The position numbers and the translations under genes were made by a program. A stretch of 64,000 bases of DNA from Chrysomallon squamiferum (Eukaryota > Animalia > Mollusca). Where the stretch lies: assembly GCA_012295275.1 (NCBI GenBank), contig CM022679.1, forward strand, positions 30,194,001-30,258,000, in the 5' to 3' direction. A model generated the notes under the pieces. That model saw nothing but the letters and a program-made list of their open reading frames with translations, made no database searches and was not told the origin of the DNA. Numbering within the stretch: the stretch's first letter is position 1; each line of letters starts with the position of its first letter. Positions 50,413 to 64,000 of the stretch are shown here, one piece after another.

Positions 50413-51660
50413 TTCATTCATTCATTCATTCATTCATTCATTCATTCATTCATTCATTCATTCATTCATTCATTCATTCATTTATTTATTTATTTATTTA
50501 TTAATAACCGGTCGTCCCAGTCTACTATCAAGTTGTTCAGTCTTATAAATTGCTCATCTCGAAAAACAGATAATTAAATTATTAATTAAAAATGAATATT
50601 TAACAGCTATTGAAAAAATACGATTTTTTTAAACGGTCATTATGTTTTATTTATATTGCTACTGCTATAACGACGACTGCCACTACAAACAAACAAACAA
50701 AATTAATAAATAAACCAATGAAATAAATAAATAAAATAAATAAATAAATAAATCAATAAATAAATAAAATGAAATAAATAAATAAATAAAATAAAATAAA
50801 ATAAAATAAATCAAAATAAACAGAACTGAATAAAGTTGAGTAATGCAAAATAAAGAAAAAAGTTAGGTAAAAAAAAGTCGACTACATACTAACAAACAAA
50901 AAATAATAATGATTATAATTATAATGTACAGAAATAATTAGAGGTAGAGCTAAATGTTCGAAGGGGACTGTTTAAATTGTTAGTTTTATTAAAGAAATGG
51001 TAAAACTTCTGCATTATTGTGTAGAAAATCCTAATGTTAAAGAGATTTTTAGTACCTGTATTTGTCGGTTTTTTGTTGGTTTTTGTGACAAAAGTTTGTG
51101 GTCATGAGTTTCATAAAAACAATAAAAAAAAAAAAAAAAAAGAAGTATCCTTAATAGTCAACAACAACAACAACAATTACAACAGATGGTGTTTTAAATT
51201 TTCTGATGTGTAAAGAAACAACAGAAATGACTAACGGTAATTTTAGTTACAATAACTAAAAGTAAAACAGACGTAGAAGTTTACTATAATGAATCTACTT
51301 TTTCATTTTTTACTGTTTCTTTCCTTTCTTTAAATTATTTTATTTTTATTTTTATTTATTTTATTTTATTGTTATTTTTATATTATTTTTATTCATTTAT
51401 TTTTATTTTTGCATCAGAGTAAAAAAAAAAAAAAAAAAAAAAAAACCAAACCCCACTGTAACGGTTTGCTCGTTTTCAAGTCATTTATTTTATTTCATAG
51501 GAAGTAATATCTCATGAGTCATTTTAACGTTTTCAAATGTCACGCATTTATTGGATTTTTTTTTCCTTGTGGGGGTGTCTAATGAGCTAATAAAATCAGA
51601 ACTTACACGGATTTAAAGTATTCTATTTCTTTTACCTGCGTGTACATGCGTGTATTTTAC

Positions 51661-51713
<53 letters not shown>

Positions 51714-54154
51714 TAACAATAATAATAATGATAATATTACTACTACAACTGCTGCTTCAAGATACATTTCAAATATTGGTGGGAAAGACTGGTATTATTC
51801 AGAAAATGAAAATGTTTAAATGTGTCTTGTTATAATTTTAACTGAGCATGTCGTAACAAACTTTCAACACTCGCTAAATATTACGGTAACTATTAGTTCT
51901 ACACACGTAAACAACACAGAATACAAAATCCGTATCAAGGTATTATATCTTGTTTTTATTCAGCTAATTTTGTAAAATTAAATATTAAAACATGGCAACA
52001 TAAATAAAAATAAAGGTCAGTAAAAAATGAGACACATTAATAATGATAGCGATTAGTTGTAACCCCAAAACGTTAAATTATAACTATGTTTACATAAAGG
52101 ATGTGGTTCATATGACAACACGTGGTATTTCTTAACCTAATAAACAGTTATAAATTATCTTGAAAACGATTTATGATAGACATCTGCTGTTTCAAACATA
52201 GAAAGAATTAAATTCACATTAATAATAAATGATAAAAATTAATAATAATAACTAAAAAAAATAATAATAATAAAATACTAAATTTTATAGATTTTTTTTT
52301 TACTCATTTTAAAAAACAATTTCGCTAACAATTTTAAAAAATATTTTTTATTTACTTGTAATTAATTTTTATATTCAAATCTATCTTCCTGACAAAATTA
52401 AAAAGAAAAAAGAAAAAAAGAAAAGAAAAGAAAAAAGAAGAGAACACTTAACTAAAATTTTAAAAATTAAAATAAATATTAATTAAAAATGTTGAAATGA
52501 ACTAATTGCATTTTAATTTTTAATAAAAATTATAGAAAAGGAATACATTTTTGTTTTACATTACATTTAATAAAAATAATGCCCCTGTATTTGTGTGTAT
52601 TATTTCACAAGAATCACAGTCTATTAAAATAGCAACAAATCAAAACGTTATTTACAATTAAGTAACCCAATCACGTTTTCCATTTCAACAAAACTGAACA
52701 ACACAATTCTGATTACAGCAAGAAATATCCAATAAACATGCTCATTACAATTAGAAAATATCCGATCTGAACACTCTTTACAAACAGCGAAGTTCAATCA
52801 AAACATACCATCACAAATTTCCAGTTACAGAACACCAATATATAATTTTAACGTAAGTGTTTCCATACAGGTCTTAACTTTCATTATTATTAACAAGACA
52901 TACATTAATTGTGGGTGTATTTCTTTCTTGATTACTTTAACAGAGAAACAAAATTAAAATTTCCTTTTCAAACACAGCCCTGTCAAAACAGCAGCATATA
53001 TATATATATATACACACACACACAAAAACACAAATATTCACATTTTTAAATTTTCAATCACATTTGAGTATTAATAATAATAATAATAATAATAATAATT
53101 AAACAAGTACATACATCCATCAGATCAGTGGCTTTCATAATAAACAATGCTGAGATAGTATTTCAGAAGAGTTAAAGCAGAAATGATTGTACTATTAATG
53201 TATCAGCTCATGAATTTAACACCCTCTTTATTTGGTTGTGCAAACATGATTAGCCTATCGCAGTATATCTAGGCTAAAACTAAAAAACATTTGGGGGCAA
53301 ATTAAACTGGAAGATTGTTATTTGTTTATACAACAGCATTTGTGGTTATAATGGGAAAATCTAGGTCAGTGTTAAAAGCATTAATCATTTCCATTATCAC
53401 ATTTCAGAATAATTATCTACATTATGAAACATTCTTTCAGATTCACTGCTGTTTTCCATTTTTGTATGGAGTATTTTTTTTGTAGTTATAACAAAAACAA
53501 AAAAGATTAAATATATGCATATCATTTTTTTTTTTTCTGTTTTTTTCTAAACAAGATAAGTAGCTTTTTTATTCACAAAAATATAATAATAAAAAGAAAT
53601 TAAAAATATATATAAAGATTGAATTTTTAAAAATACCATGTAATTTAATTTTTAAAAGGAGAATTACATTACAAATATTAAAACCATTCATAACAATACA
53701 AGAAATACTCATTAAAAACATAAAATGTTCAGTTTATAAAAACATACTGACAAAAATAAACTAACAAAATTTCATTCAAAAAACAGGAAAAAATTTAGTT
53801 TACATGAAAAATTATTAATTTAAAAAAATAATAATAATAATAAAAATGAAACAAAAACAAAAAATAAACAAAAAACACAACTGAAAATACATAAATTATG
53901 AAGTATTTTGTACAATAAATGGGAATAAAATAAATTATTAAAACAATTATTAGAACTGGGAAAAAAGAAAAAAAAAATAATATATATAAACACAAAAATT
54001 TTAAAATTAAAAATAAAAATAAATTCAGTCATTATTTCTTTTTACTAACAGATTCCAAAATAATTTCTACATTTATTTGGTTTTAGCACTGATTTTGGAA
54101 ATAAAAGTAAACAACAACAACAACAAAAAAAAAAAAAAAAAAAATCTTCTATAA

Positions 54155-56569
54155 TTATAGCAACCAGTGATCCAAACTGGACTTGCATGTTACTTCAGGT
54201 TTTAGTTTCTCTTTACCATTTGTATTATCAGTACTTCCAGCATTCTTGGCAACTCCTTTATCATTACTCACAGATTTGTTTTCTTCACAGCTGGTCAACA
54301 ACCAGTCTTTGTCCGACATTTTCTTATGCATGTTCTGAATGACTTTCCAACATTCGGGGATGGTGAAGGCCTCACTTGGGACTTCCACCGATTTCAACCA
54401 CTTCGGACCCTCGAGTGCATCAGCAGCAAAATGAAACTTAAAGGATGTTGACGTAGTGGGAGACTTCTTGTTCAGACCAGTCTCGTTCTGCTTCAGCCAG
54501 TCATGCAGATTAGACGACAACATTTTGAAAAACCCAAACTCACATCTCGAAGATGATGCTGTGTCAGTATTTTCTGAAGTAGCAGCTGCAGCAGCAGCAG
54601 CAACCCACTTCTTCTCTTCCAGCTTCTGCGGCAACAACAACAAGCTGTTGATGGTTCTGTCTGCTTGTTCGTTGGAGCAGCTCTTTTCGTTGCCCGTTTT
54701 CAGCCAGTTGAAATTCTCGACGGCTTGCTGGCAAGGAAAGCATTCGGGTTTGCACTCGCAGTTTCTCTCGCCAGTTTTCTCTGCATCGGAATTTTCTCCC
54801 TTCAGCCAACACTTGGGAAGTTCTTTGAAGAATGCCTCCATTATCCTGGCAGCTCTGTCAGAGGGCTGTTCCGAGTTGTCAGAACTGAGGGTCTCACAAC
54901 TCTCTTTTTTTTTCTCTTCATCCTGAAATAAATATTTTAATCACTTTTTTTTTTCTATTTTGTTAAGAGAAACAATAATATATATATTTTTTTTCACGTT
55001 ATTTTTTCTAACTAAAAACATTTTCTATAACAAATAATAATCATTAATATATATATTTTTTTTAAATGTTTGAAAGCAAATTCATGACTTTATTTTACAT
55101 TTAATTATTTTTTTAACCTGTGTATTTTGGACGATGTTGTGGGAATTAAATGCAGATCACAGTAACAAACGTTCTGATTGGTTCATTAGATAATAGCAAA
55201 GTGATTTCATCTGATCAGCAGTTACTGAAAAATCAGATGACTGGTTGCTTTTTAAGTTTTCTGTTTTTAAAAATAAATGTTTTCTTGTCAACACAGCAAA
55301 TTTCAAACCTTTTTGGCACTCTTAATAAGCCAGATGTCTGTGTCATTTGGGATGAGCACAAACCAACTGAGAGAAGTTTCTTTGGTTTTTTCTTCACTAG
55401 AATCCGAGGGTGTCTGTTTCAACCACATCGCTTTGTTTGTCAGAGGAAACGTCTCAAACACAGGTTTGTCAGTGACTGGTGGAGTGGTCTCACTCACTGT
55501 GAGAATCAACAAACAAACAAACAAATAAACAAACAAACAAATAAATAAAAACAAACAAATAAATAAATAAACAAGTAAACAAACAAGTAAATAAATGTAA
55601 TGTTATATAAACAGAATAAGAGCAGCAAATATTTTATAATCCATTTTCAAACAACTTCTAATCATAATTATATACATTTGAACATTAAAACAAAAAAAAC
55701 CATTTAATTGCTGTAAACAATATACGAGTGTCAAACTGATTAATAAATTAAACAAATTAAACAAATCAGTATATGTAATAAACAAAACTGATATATTATT
55801 TAGTTACAGATACTAATTATTAACAGAATAAGCCAATAAATAAGCCAAAGTTAGAAGAGAATTTCCTTTCACTTGGTAAACATTGGCCAACTTTATTTAA
55901 TTTTTAATAAATAAATAAAGAAAGAAAAAGAAAGAAAGAAATGAAACAAGTAACTCACAAGAACTTCCAACAATTTCAAAATCATCTTCATCTTCAAATG
56001 CTGGGCTCTGCTGTATCTGACTCAGCCAGTTCTGAATGCATGAATCTCCATACATCCGGGGCGAGCACTCTTTTCCCGATCCGGCTGGGACCCAGTCATG
56101 GGGGTCTGTGCTGAATGCAGGAAAAGAGAATTTCGGGATCGTGGCTGTGGAGAGGGTTTTACAACCTGGAGGCTGGTACAGCCAGTCCTTGGCTCGTGTG
56201 GAAAGCTTTGGGATGTTTACTCTGATCTGCTCAAATAAATAAACTTTGTTACATTGGAATACATGCACAGATACCTACATATATATACACACACACACAC
56301 ACATACATACATTCATACATATATATATAAATACATACATACATAAATACACTGCATACACACTTGAACACAAACACACATACAAGTACATCAAGAAAGA
56401 GTGTGTGTGCTTGTATTTGGTTTTAAATAATGGGTTTCCTGTATATTCCAAGTTAATACACAACCAGCCTGTATTTAATGTTATAATTTATGAAAACAAG
56501 GCAACACTTAAAACATTGATTCATACAGATATTACTCATTACTGCATAAATATATGAAGCATTAAGTAA

Positions 56570-56600
<31 letters not shown>

Positions 56601-58061
56601 GCATACCTAAACAGTGAGAGAAACAGGGAGGGAGAGGGAGAGGGAGAGAGAGAGTGTCACACATAAATATCTACATGCAGAGAAGGAATGATCTAAGAAT
56701 ACACTAATTATTCAGCAACACACTATATTCTTTTTCTCATTTTTATAAATAAATTACAATTAATGAATCTTACACTTCCAGATGGCTTCTGGGAAGCATT
56801 TATCTCCTCAATAGTTTTGTAAAATATGTGGTGATCAGCATCCTCATAATCTTCGAAATGTCCTGGCATGCACGTCGACACATTCTCCTGGTCTATGAAT
56901 GCTGTCTGCAGTGGAATGCCGTTGGACTCCACGCGGCCGTAGTTTAAAATGGCTTCCCGCAGACCAACCTGGTCCGCACAGAAAGACAGGTATGGAGTTT
57001 CCTCGGGTTTCAAGTCTGCAATGTCCAGACTGTGGAACAAACACGAAAATTAATTTTACTAATCCGTGTATGTTTCTTTGTGTGTGTGTATATATACATG
57101 TGTATATGTATGTATTTATTTATTCATAACAAATACACAGAAGAAAATATAAGTACGTGAAAGCTGAGTTTAACTGTAAGTCTGTCACGTCTCCATTATG
57201 CTAACTTTTCTTTTCCTTCAACCCCGTAACCTACAGAAACTGTAAATGCATAATTGAAATTGTCATCAGTGTTTGCTATCTAAAAAATATTTACATACAC
57301 ACGTAAAACCTCATAAAACATATTTATCAAAGACAAGTTGCATTTAATTTGATCGTAATTGCACCAAACTGAAAACATCTGCACCACCAATAAAATAATG
57401 CATAAATAATTAAATAACAAATAACTCGGAAAATATTAATATTTAAAAGTCAACTGACGTGCTGAGTTTTTCAGCAAGTTTAGCCTCCAGCCCATCCCCG
57501 TCTTCTGACAGCGCCAGTGAGCTCTGAAGAATGCCGAACGTCTTATTGAGCCGAGCCTGTTGTTGTTGCAGGACTTCCTCCTTCGCACTGAGCACCAAGT
57601 CGACCTGACTGAGCAGCCAAACCTCTCGGTTTCGCAGCGCCTCCAAGTGGCGACTGATTGAAGAGTGGATCTGCGATTTGATCTGAATGAGAGAACGCAT
57701 ATCCGAGTGAATGAATTTGTCTGTATAAAAAAAAAAACCACTTCAGTTCAACCATATGGGTTACTGAGTGTCGAAGGTGTATGTAACTCAAATAAAATAT
57801 TTTAAAATGTTAATGCATACTTGTGTAATATTTAGGTGTTAATCTAATATTCATTGAAATCTTATTCAATATACATTTTCTTACAAATAATGAAGTGTTA
57901 CAACAGTTCTTTGAAAATCTAGTTTTGGGAGTGCTGGTTGGAATGTGATACACAGAGGTTAGCTGTACCTGTGATGAGGTGTAATACAGATGTTTTTTCA
58001 CAGAATCCAGCTGACGAATTGCACTCTCTAATTCAGAAATCTTTGGCCTGGGCTTTTCCAT
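54155..58061 (-). CDS. NCOA4: Nuclear receptor coactivator 4 (ARA70, ferritinophagy receptor)-like, ~598 aa
   Basis: Exons 58061-57969, 57682-57459, 57029-56774, 56226-55959, 55496-55309, 54922-54155, phase-consistent. IKSQIHSSISRHLEALRNREVWLLSQVDLVLSAKEEVLQQQ matches the ARA70 N-terminal coiled-coil signature; repeated xxWL motifs downstream. Confidence 0.88.
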
Positions 58062-59402
58062 TGTTAATCTAGATCAAGCAATGAAAAAATAATAAAAATA
58101 ATAATAGATTATTATTATAGCTGTAAGTTGCATTTGTTATAACTTAATTCAAATTTTGAATATAATTAACAGGCATGCATCTTGTAAAGTATTCATTTCT
58201 TACCATTTGACGTAAATTTGGTAATGTTTTAAAGATACATCAGATTTACAGTATTTTTTTTGTGAAATCCAACAATAATAATAAAACTGGTATTCATGTA
58301 ATGATGTAGCCCAATTTTCATTAATAATGTTCAAATACACTTAAGAATACTGCTAAACTGACATGAAATCTAAAATGTAAAAAGCACAGAGGAATAATAA
58401 CATTAAAATGAAAATGTTTTACTCTTTGTATGAACAAATTAAAGAGGTAAGTTTTGAGTTTTGCCAGTAAAGTGTTTCAGGTTTTTGGGGCTTATGTTGA
58501 GAAAACACAATCACCAAAAGAATGATTCAGACTGAAAAATAATCTGCATTACAGTGTATCCAAAAATACTGGAAATCTAAATAAATGTTTCTGTGATGGT
58601 CAGCTGTTTGAATGTTCAAGAGTTGGAAATGGAAAGAATTTATTCTCACTCTCAGTGGATAAACCAAGAATCCTGCATACTGCCTTTAAACGCTCTCAAA
58701 TTGATTGTGATCATTATAGTTTAAAGCTTTTATAATTTACTCATTAAAATTCGTTTTTAATTATTCTAATCCATTGCGGCATTAGTTATATTTACCGAAT
58801 GCCCCTTTAAAAGAGAAAGCTTTAAAGCTTTAAAATTTATTATTATCAATTAAAACTAACAAAACCAGTTTATAATTTCAAAGTAAGAATTTAAATCTGT
58901 TGGGATAATATGACTTCTGATACTGTTACTAGCTGTAAACTTTATGAAATTGTTTATGTTGTAATGTCTTGGTGGAATGGGGCGGGGTGAATGAACTGCA
59001 AAATGACCTGTCAAAACTGAGGTGAAGGTTACTCCTCCTTCAAATCTGTTTAAAAAAAATACTTATCGAATTAAAGAAACCACTGTCGGTAACAACACTT
59101 GAAACAGGTGGAAATCGAATGCAAATGAATAAACTGCACCAATATATCAAAAAAGTTAAGCATAAAAGAGCAGTTACGCATGAATAATCGCGAAATGATA
59201 CACAGTCCCTTTTCTAATTTCTAAAACCAGACTGCAACAATTGGTATATAAACAACAGAAAATACAGAATAAGAATAATCTGAACGCGAAAAAAACATAA
59301 CATGTTGAAAAAAATATGTCATTAAAAGCTGAGAAATTCAAAGGATTAAAAATATTTCTGCTTTTGTTTTCAGTACGACAAATACTTTAACGGGAAAACA
59401 TA

Positions 59403-59600
59403 CCAATCATGGATGCCAAAAGTAAATGCATAGAAATCGGTAACGAGGCTGTGCGTGTGAATTTATAAATAACTGTAGCAAGGGATATCCCAGAAATATC
59501 CAATGAAATAAACCTTATTAAAACATACGCAGTTCATATGTATGGAGTACAGTGTTTCTTATTGGTTGTAATTTTTACGTCTGGAATTCCTTAGCATAGT
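59403..59600 (-). promoter_or_regulatory. Probable NCOA4 non-coding first exon and promoter
   Basis: Minus-strand donor ttg|GTATGT at 59403, TATA-like tttataaa 59462-59469, palindromic kappaB-like GGGATATCCC 59482-59491, CCAAT boxes. Confidence 0.5.
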
Positions 59601-59969
59601 AGTTGATCGGCAGAAGCGAAACTTATTTTTATGTAAACTAAACACAAATATATAAAATATATGTGAGTATTGTTAAATGTTTTACCTAACGTTGTATTGT
59701 AGATAAATCTGGAGTAATTTGCAAAACAATTTTATTTCAAACAAGTACAAAATATGTAAAACAATATCCTTTTTATTAATATCTTTATAAGTTTATTGTC
59801 CACACTTTTTTATTTTACTTTTACTCTTTCTAGTTTTCAGATCTCACTTAGTTTCACAATTTCTATACTTAACAGAAACCACTTAATGAATACTTTATTT
59901 GATATTTAGTCTTTGTAATGAAAAAAGAAGAAAAAATATCTTATTGCTTAGATATCTTTTTCATTCTTA

Positions 59970-60018
<49 letters not shown>

Positions 60019-61221
60019 TATATATATATATATAATTCTGTGTGTACGTATTTGTGTACATACATGCTTAAACACATACACATACATATAGACCTGACAC
60101 ACACACATTCATATAAATTTTCACCAACACATTGTCACACAAACATATACACATACATAATATACAAACATAAATACAATGAATACTTCATGAAAGAAAT
60201 AAATTATTATTAGTAGTAATTAATTTATTAAGGTTTTTTTTTTTTTTTAACCAGATTTTCAAAATTAAACCCATGCAGTTGACTATATAAATAATGGGTG
60301 TGTACAGCAGTAATTTTGTGATTGAGGACACATCAGACACTGCAGTCACACAGTACACACATCCAAAACAGGCCAACTGGATCACTTCACACGCCATAGC
60401 AACAGAATGTAAGTAAAACAGAATAACAAAATAAAGTAGAAATTTGAAGAAAAAAAAATAATTTAAAGCTTAAAAATACTTTTTAAATCTAGTATCTCAA
60501 TCAACTAAAAATCTGAAAAAAAAAAATAAAGTAAAATTTAATCATATCTTATTATTAGAAAAATTTATTTTAAATGTAGCGACAATATAAACTGGAAATT
60601 TGCCAAAATTATAAATGGCTTTATTCTATTTGTATCTAAGAAATGTCCTGGAACTTGTCCTGAGTGTTAATGTTCAAACAATGTGCCACTGAATAAGTGA
60701 AAAATGTGTCCAAATGTAAATGTGATTTCACTGAATTATGTAGCAGAGAATGTGTTAATATAAACTGGCAACTGATAATTGAAGTGATCTCAGCTGCATA
60801 CACTAACAGACACATCTAGGGCTAAATTGTTTAAATGAAAACTTTTAATAAGGTGTCGAAATGTATTTTGTATAAATACAAGTTATTAGGTTGTTTGTAT
60901 ACAAATGAAAAATACTTATACGACAATGATTTTAGCAATCTCATGAAATGCATGGAGGTTAAAACCTACTTTATTAATGTATTTTATGAATACTTTAATT
61001 TTGTAATGAAATGTCATTAAACATTCATTCATTTTTTTTGAACTGATATTATTCCATGCATTAAAATAAATAATGTCCACAACTGCCAGTTATTGAAATT
61101 ATAACAAAATGGAAAAATATCATTTGAGCTTGTTATTTTTATTTTTATGCTTTATTTATGAAACAAATTTTAGCTAACAGTAAATTATAAAAAAAAAATA
61201 CATATAAATAGTCTCCATAAA

Positions 61222-62017
61222 TATTCATGATGTTTTTTTTATATTTTATCATAATTCTTATACCAAATACAAGTTTCGACTGCAAAAAAATAAAAATAAA
61301 ACATATCAGTCCACAACAAGTTTCTTTATTTTGTTATCATAATTATTATTACCAAATACTGGTTTCCAGAAATAAATAAAACAGTATTTTAAATTACATA
61401 TGTAATAACCATGTAATATCTACAGTGTTTTCATGTGAACATTTTAACAAGACTTAATGAAACAAAATATAGATTTTGATGATTATTTAGAGATAGAGTA
61501 AAGATAAATACATTAAATAAATATGTACATTTAAATTTTATTTCTTTCCTGAAGTATCAAAAATGAATTCAAGCTTTTCCTTTACCACATATACACCTTA
61601 ACAGTAAACAATCAATAACTATTCATGATGTTTTTTTTATATTTTATCATAATTCTTATACCAAATACAAGTTTCGACTGCAAAAAAATAAAAATAAAAC
61701 ATATCAGTCCACAACAAGTTTCTTTATTTTGTTATCATAATTATTATTACCAAATACTGGTTTCCAGAAATAAATAAAACAGTATTTTAAATTACATATG
61801 TAATAACCATGTAATATCTACAGTGTTTTCGTGTGAACATTTTAACAAGACTTAATGAAACAAAATATAGATTTTGATGATTATTTAGAGATAGAGTAAA
61901 GATAAATACATTAAATAAATATGTACATTTAAATTTTATTTCTTTCCTGAAGTATCAAAAATGAATTCAAGCTTTTCCTTTACCACATATACACCTTAAC
62001 AGTAAACAATCAATAAC
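61222..62017. repeat. Near-perfect 398-bp tandem duplication
   Basis: 61222-61619 is repeated at 61620-62017; I noticed one difference (ttcatgtg vs ttcgtgtg). Confidence 0.92.
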
Positions 62018-62630
62018 AGTATATATAAAATGCATTTATATTATTTCTGTAAACAAGCCAAGAACTCATCAAATACATATTTTATGTACACATAACATAC
62101 TCTTATGTTTTCTGTGAAACAAAAAAAAAAAAAAAGACATTTTCTGGTGGAAAATTACTCCATGTCTTTATATCAAAATATTTGTATTTGTTAATACTGA
62201 ATTTCATTTGATATTCCTTGAATTATCACTCTGTATAAAGCAGTGTGCATATATGTACTTTTGGGCCCTCCCCCATTTTTTCAAGGTAATTCATTCATTG
62301 ATTTTCTCACAGCACTTAGTCATAGTAATAAATTTGACAATTCAAGGAAATGTACTTCATATATGGCAATGTTTGTGCAGTCCTCAGCTGCTCAACAATT
62401 TACTAACCTACACAAAGATCGACAATTTTAAAACTATTAATAGTCATATAATATCATTTCCAGTTACTTGTCTATATACGGCTGGATTTAACAGACCATT
62501 TGAATTCAAGGAAAAATACTGAGCAAGTTCACAATGCACTTTTATGTACAGAGTACTGCACTATACCCAGTTTCTTAATTATAATTTTTATTTTTATTTG
62601 TTTGTGTGTGTGTTTATTTATTTATTTATT

Positions 62631-62663
<33 letters not shown>

Positions 62664-62706
62664 GTTATTATTACTATTATATTTATTGTTGTTGTTGTTG
62701 TTATTA

Positions 62707-62737
<31 letters not shown>

Positions 62738-63596
62738 TATCATTTGATTTATCATATCTCAGAACTACACACAGTACCATTTTTTTTTTTGAGATGTCAA
62801 ACAGTAGATGAGTACTTGATATATTACAAAACTTGCATACAGTACATTTAATAAATAAATTTTGAATTAATACTATAGCAGAAATGTTTTCAGGCCAGCA
62901 TATAAAGGGTTTGTTACCTAATTCTAAAAATTCTCATTAATCATTTTCATATTTTCCTCTTGATCCACACCAGATATTTCTAGATAATGTTATCAGATTG
63001 CAAAATTCTTGTTAAGCATTTTCATATTTTTCTCTGGATAAAAGCCCCTAGTATGTGGACAATGATATCAGATTGCAAAATTCCCCTTAATCATATTCAT
63101 ATGTTTTCTGCAAACTGTGTCGTCATTTCTGGTTAAAACTGATTTCATTGCCATATTTGTCTGCTGTCTGAGCTAATTCAGTTTTCAGAATTGTGTGGCA
63201 TGTGGGGCCTTTTTCTTGTAACAGTCTGTTTATAGATTTCTTGGTACAGCTACTGCTGGGAGTTAGGAAAGACCAGTATTTGATGTCTGAACCTGGTTTA
63301 GTGACCTAGTTTGGAAACCACTTTGTAATGGTCACAGGTGTAGGTTGTCTGTATCTGTCTAAACAGTATTGCGTAGGTGGGTTGTCTGGGTGTGTTTTTT
63401 TTTTGTGTCTGTGGGGGTGTATTGTGTGTGTGTGTTTTTTTTTTCTATGAGAGAATCATGTGTATGTGAGTACTGAATATATATATATATAAATATATAT
63501 TCCAGAATGTATACATACATATAATCATACTAGCATGAGCAAACCATACATACAACCAATTTGTCCATCCATCTCTGAGTATACATATACATATAC

Positions 63597-63641
<45 letters not shown>

Positions 63642-64000
63642 AATGTATATGTATGAGTGTGTATGTTTTTGTAGATTTGTATGAATACATGTATATGTTT
63701 GTATGTATATGTATGTATGTATGCATGTTTGTATGTATGTATGTATGTACATATGTACGTGTGTATTTAAAAGGTTGTTCAGTTAACAATGGACTGCAGT
63801 CACATTGTACAAACATGTTACATTTAGCTGGCAGCCTGTGTGTGAGAGATAACTATTGTTTGAAAATTCACTGCTGATGTTGAATACAACATATCTGAAT
63901 TTATTTACTTTTTTACTTAATGATAATGCAGCATGATTTAACAATGATGTAAAGAAAGATGAATCTTCAACTGCCCATTCATCTTGTATTCATGCCCATT

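Noticed and set aside
54456-54926. 156-aa plus-strand ORF
   Set aside because: Antisense to the NCOA4 last exon.
60340-60415. X-box-like ccatagcaac and a plus-strand donor aat|gtaagt
   Set aside because: Isolated motifs with no connectable exons.
62920-64000. Possible minus-strand terminal exons (RYRQPTPVTITKWFPN*, QDEWAVEDSSFF..) and a degenerate ~80-bp triplicated block
   Set aside because: Stops in all frames and no recognisable family; cannot support a gene call without sequence beyond the window.

Overview
AT-rich, microsatellite-laden, intron-containing animal DNA; a mollusc or other lophotrochozoan is my inference. It holds the last exon of a tektin-3-like gene (+), an ADP/ATP carrier with an intronless CDS that resembles the plant/fungal AAC type (-), a 15-exon DDX21/DDX50 nucleolar DEAD-box helicase (+), an IRF1/2-like transcription factor (-) and NCOA4 (-), plus DNA-transposon remnants and tandem repeats. 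The main surprises sit in the DDX21 gene. (1) One intron carries nine dispersed copies of a ~133-nt hairpin-H box-hairpin-ACA element, a probable H/ACA snoRNA array with a predicted 18S rRNA target, and its spacers repeat splice-site-like motifs. (2) The last exon has an in-frame UAG at the position of a conserved Trp, followed by 86 more open codons, which suggests stop-codon recoding (A-to-I, UAG to UGG) or an assembly/allelic lesion. Upstream of the IRF gene are several clusters of GAS, ISRE and kappaB-like motifs and candidate alternative first exons. All homology calls come from remembered family motifs; no database search was run.
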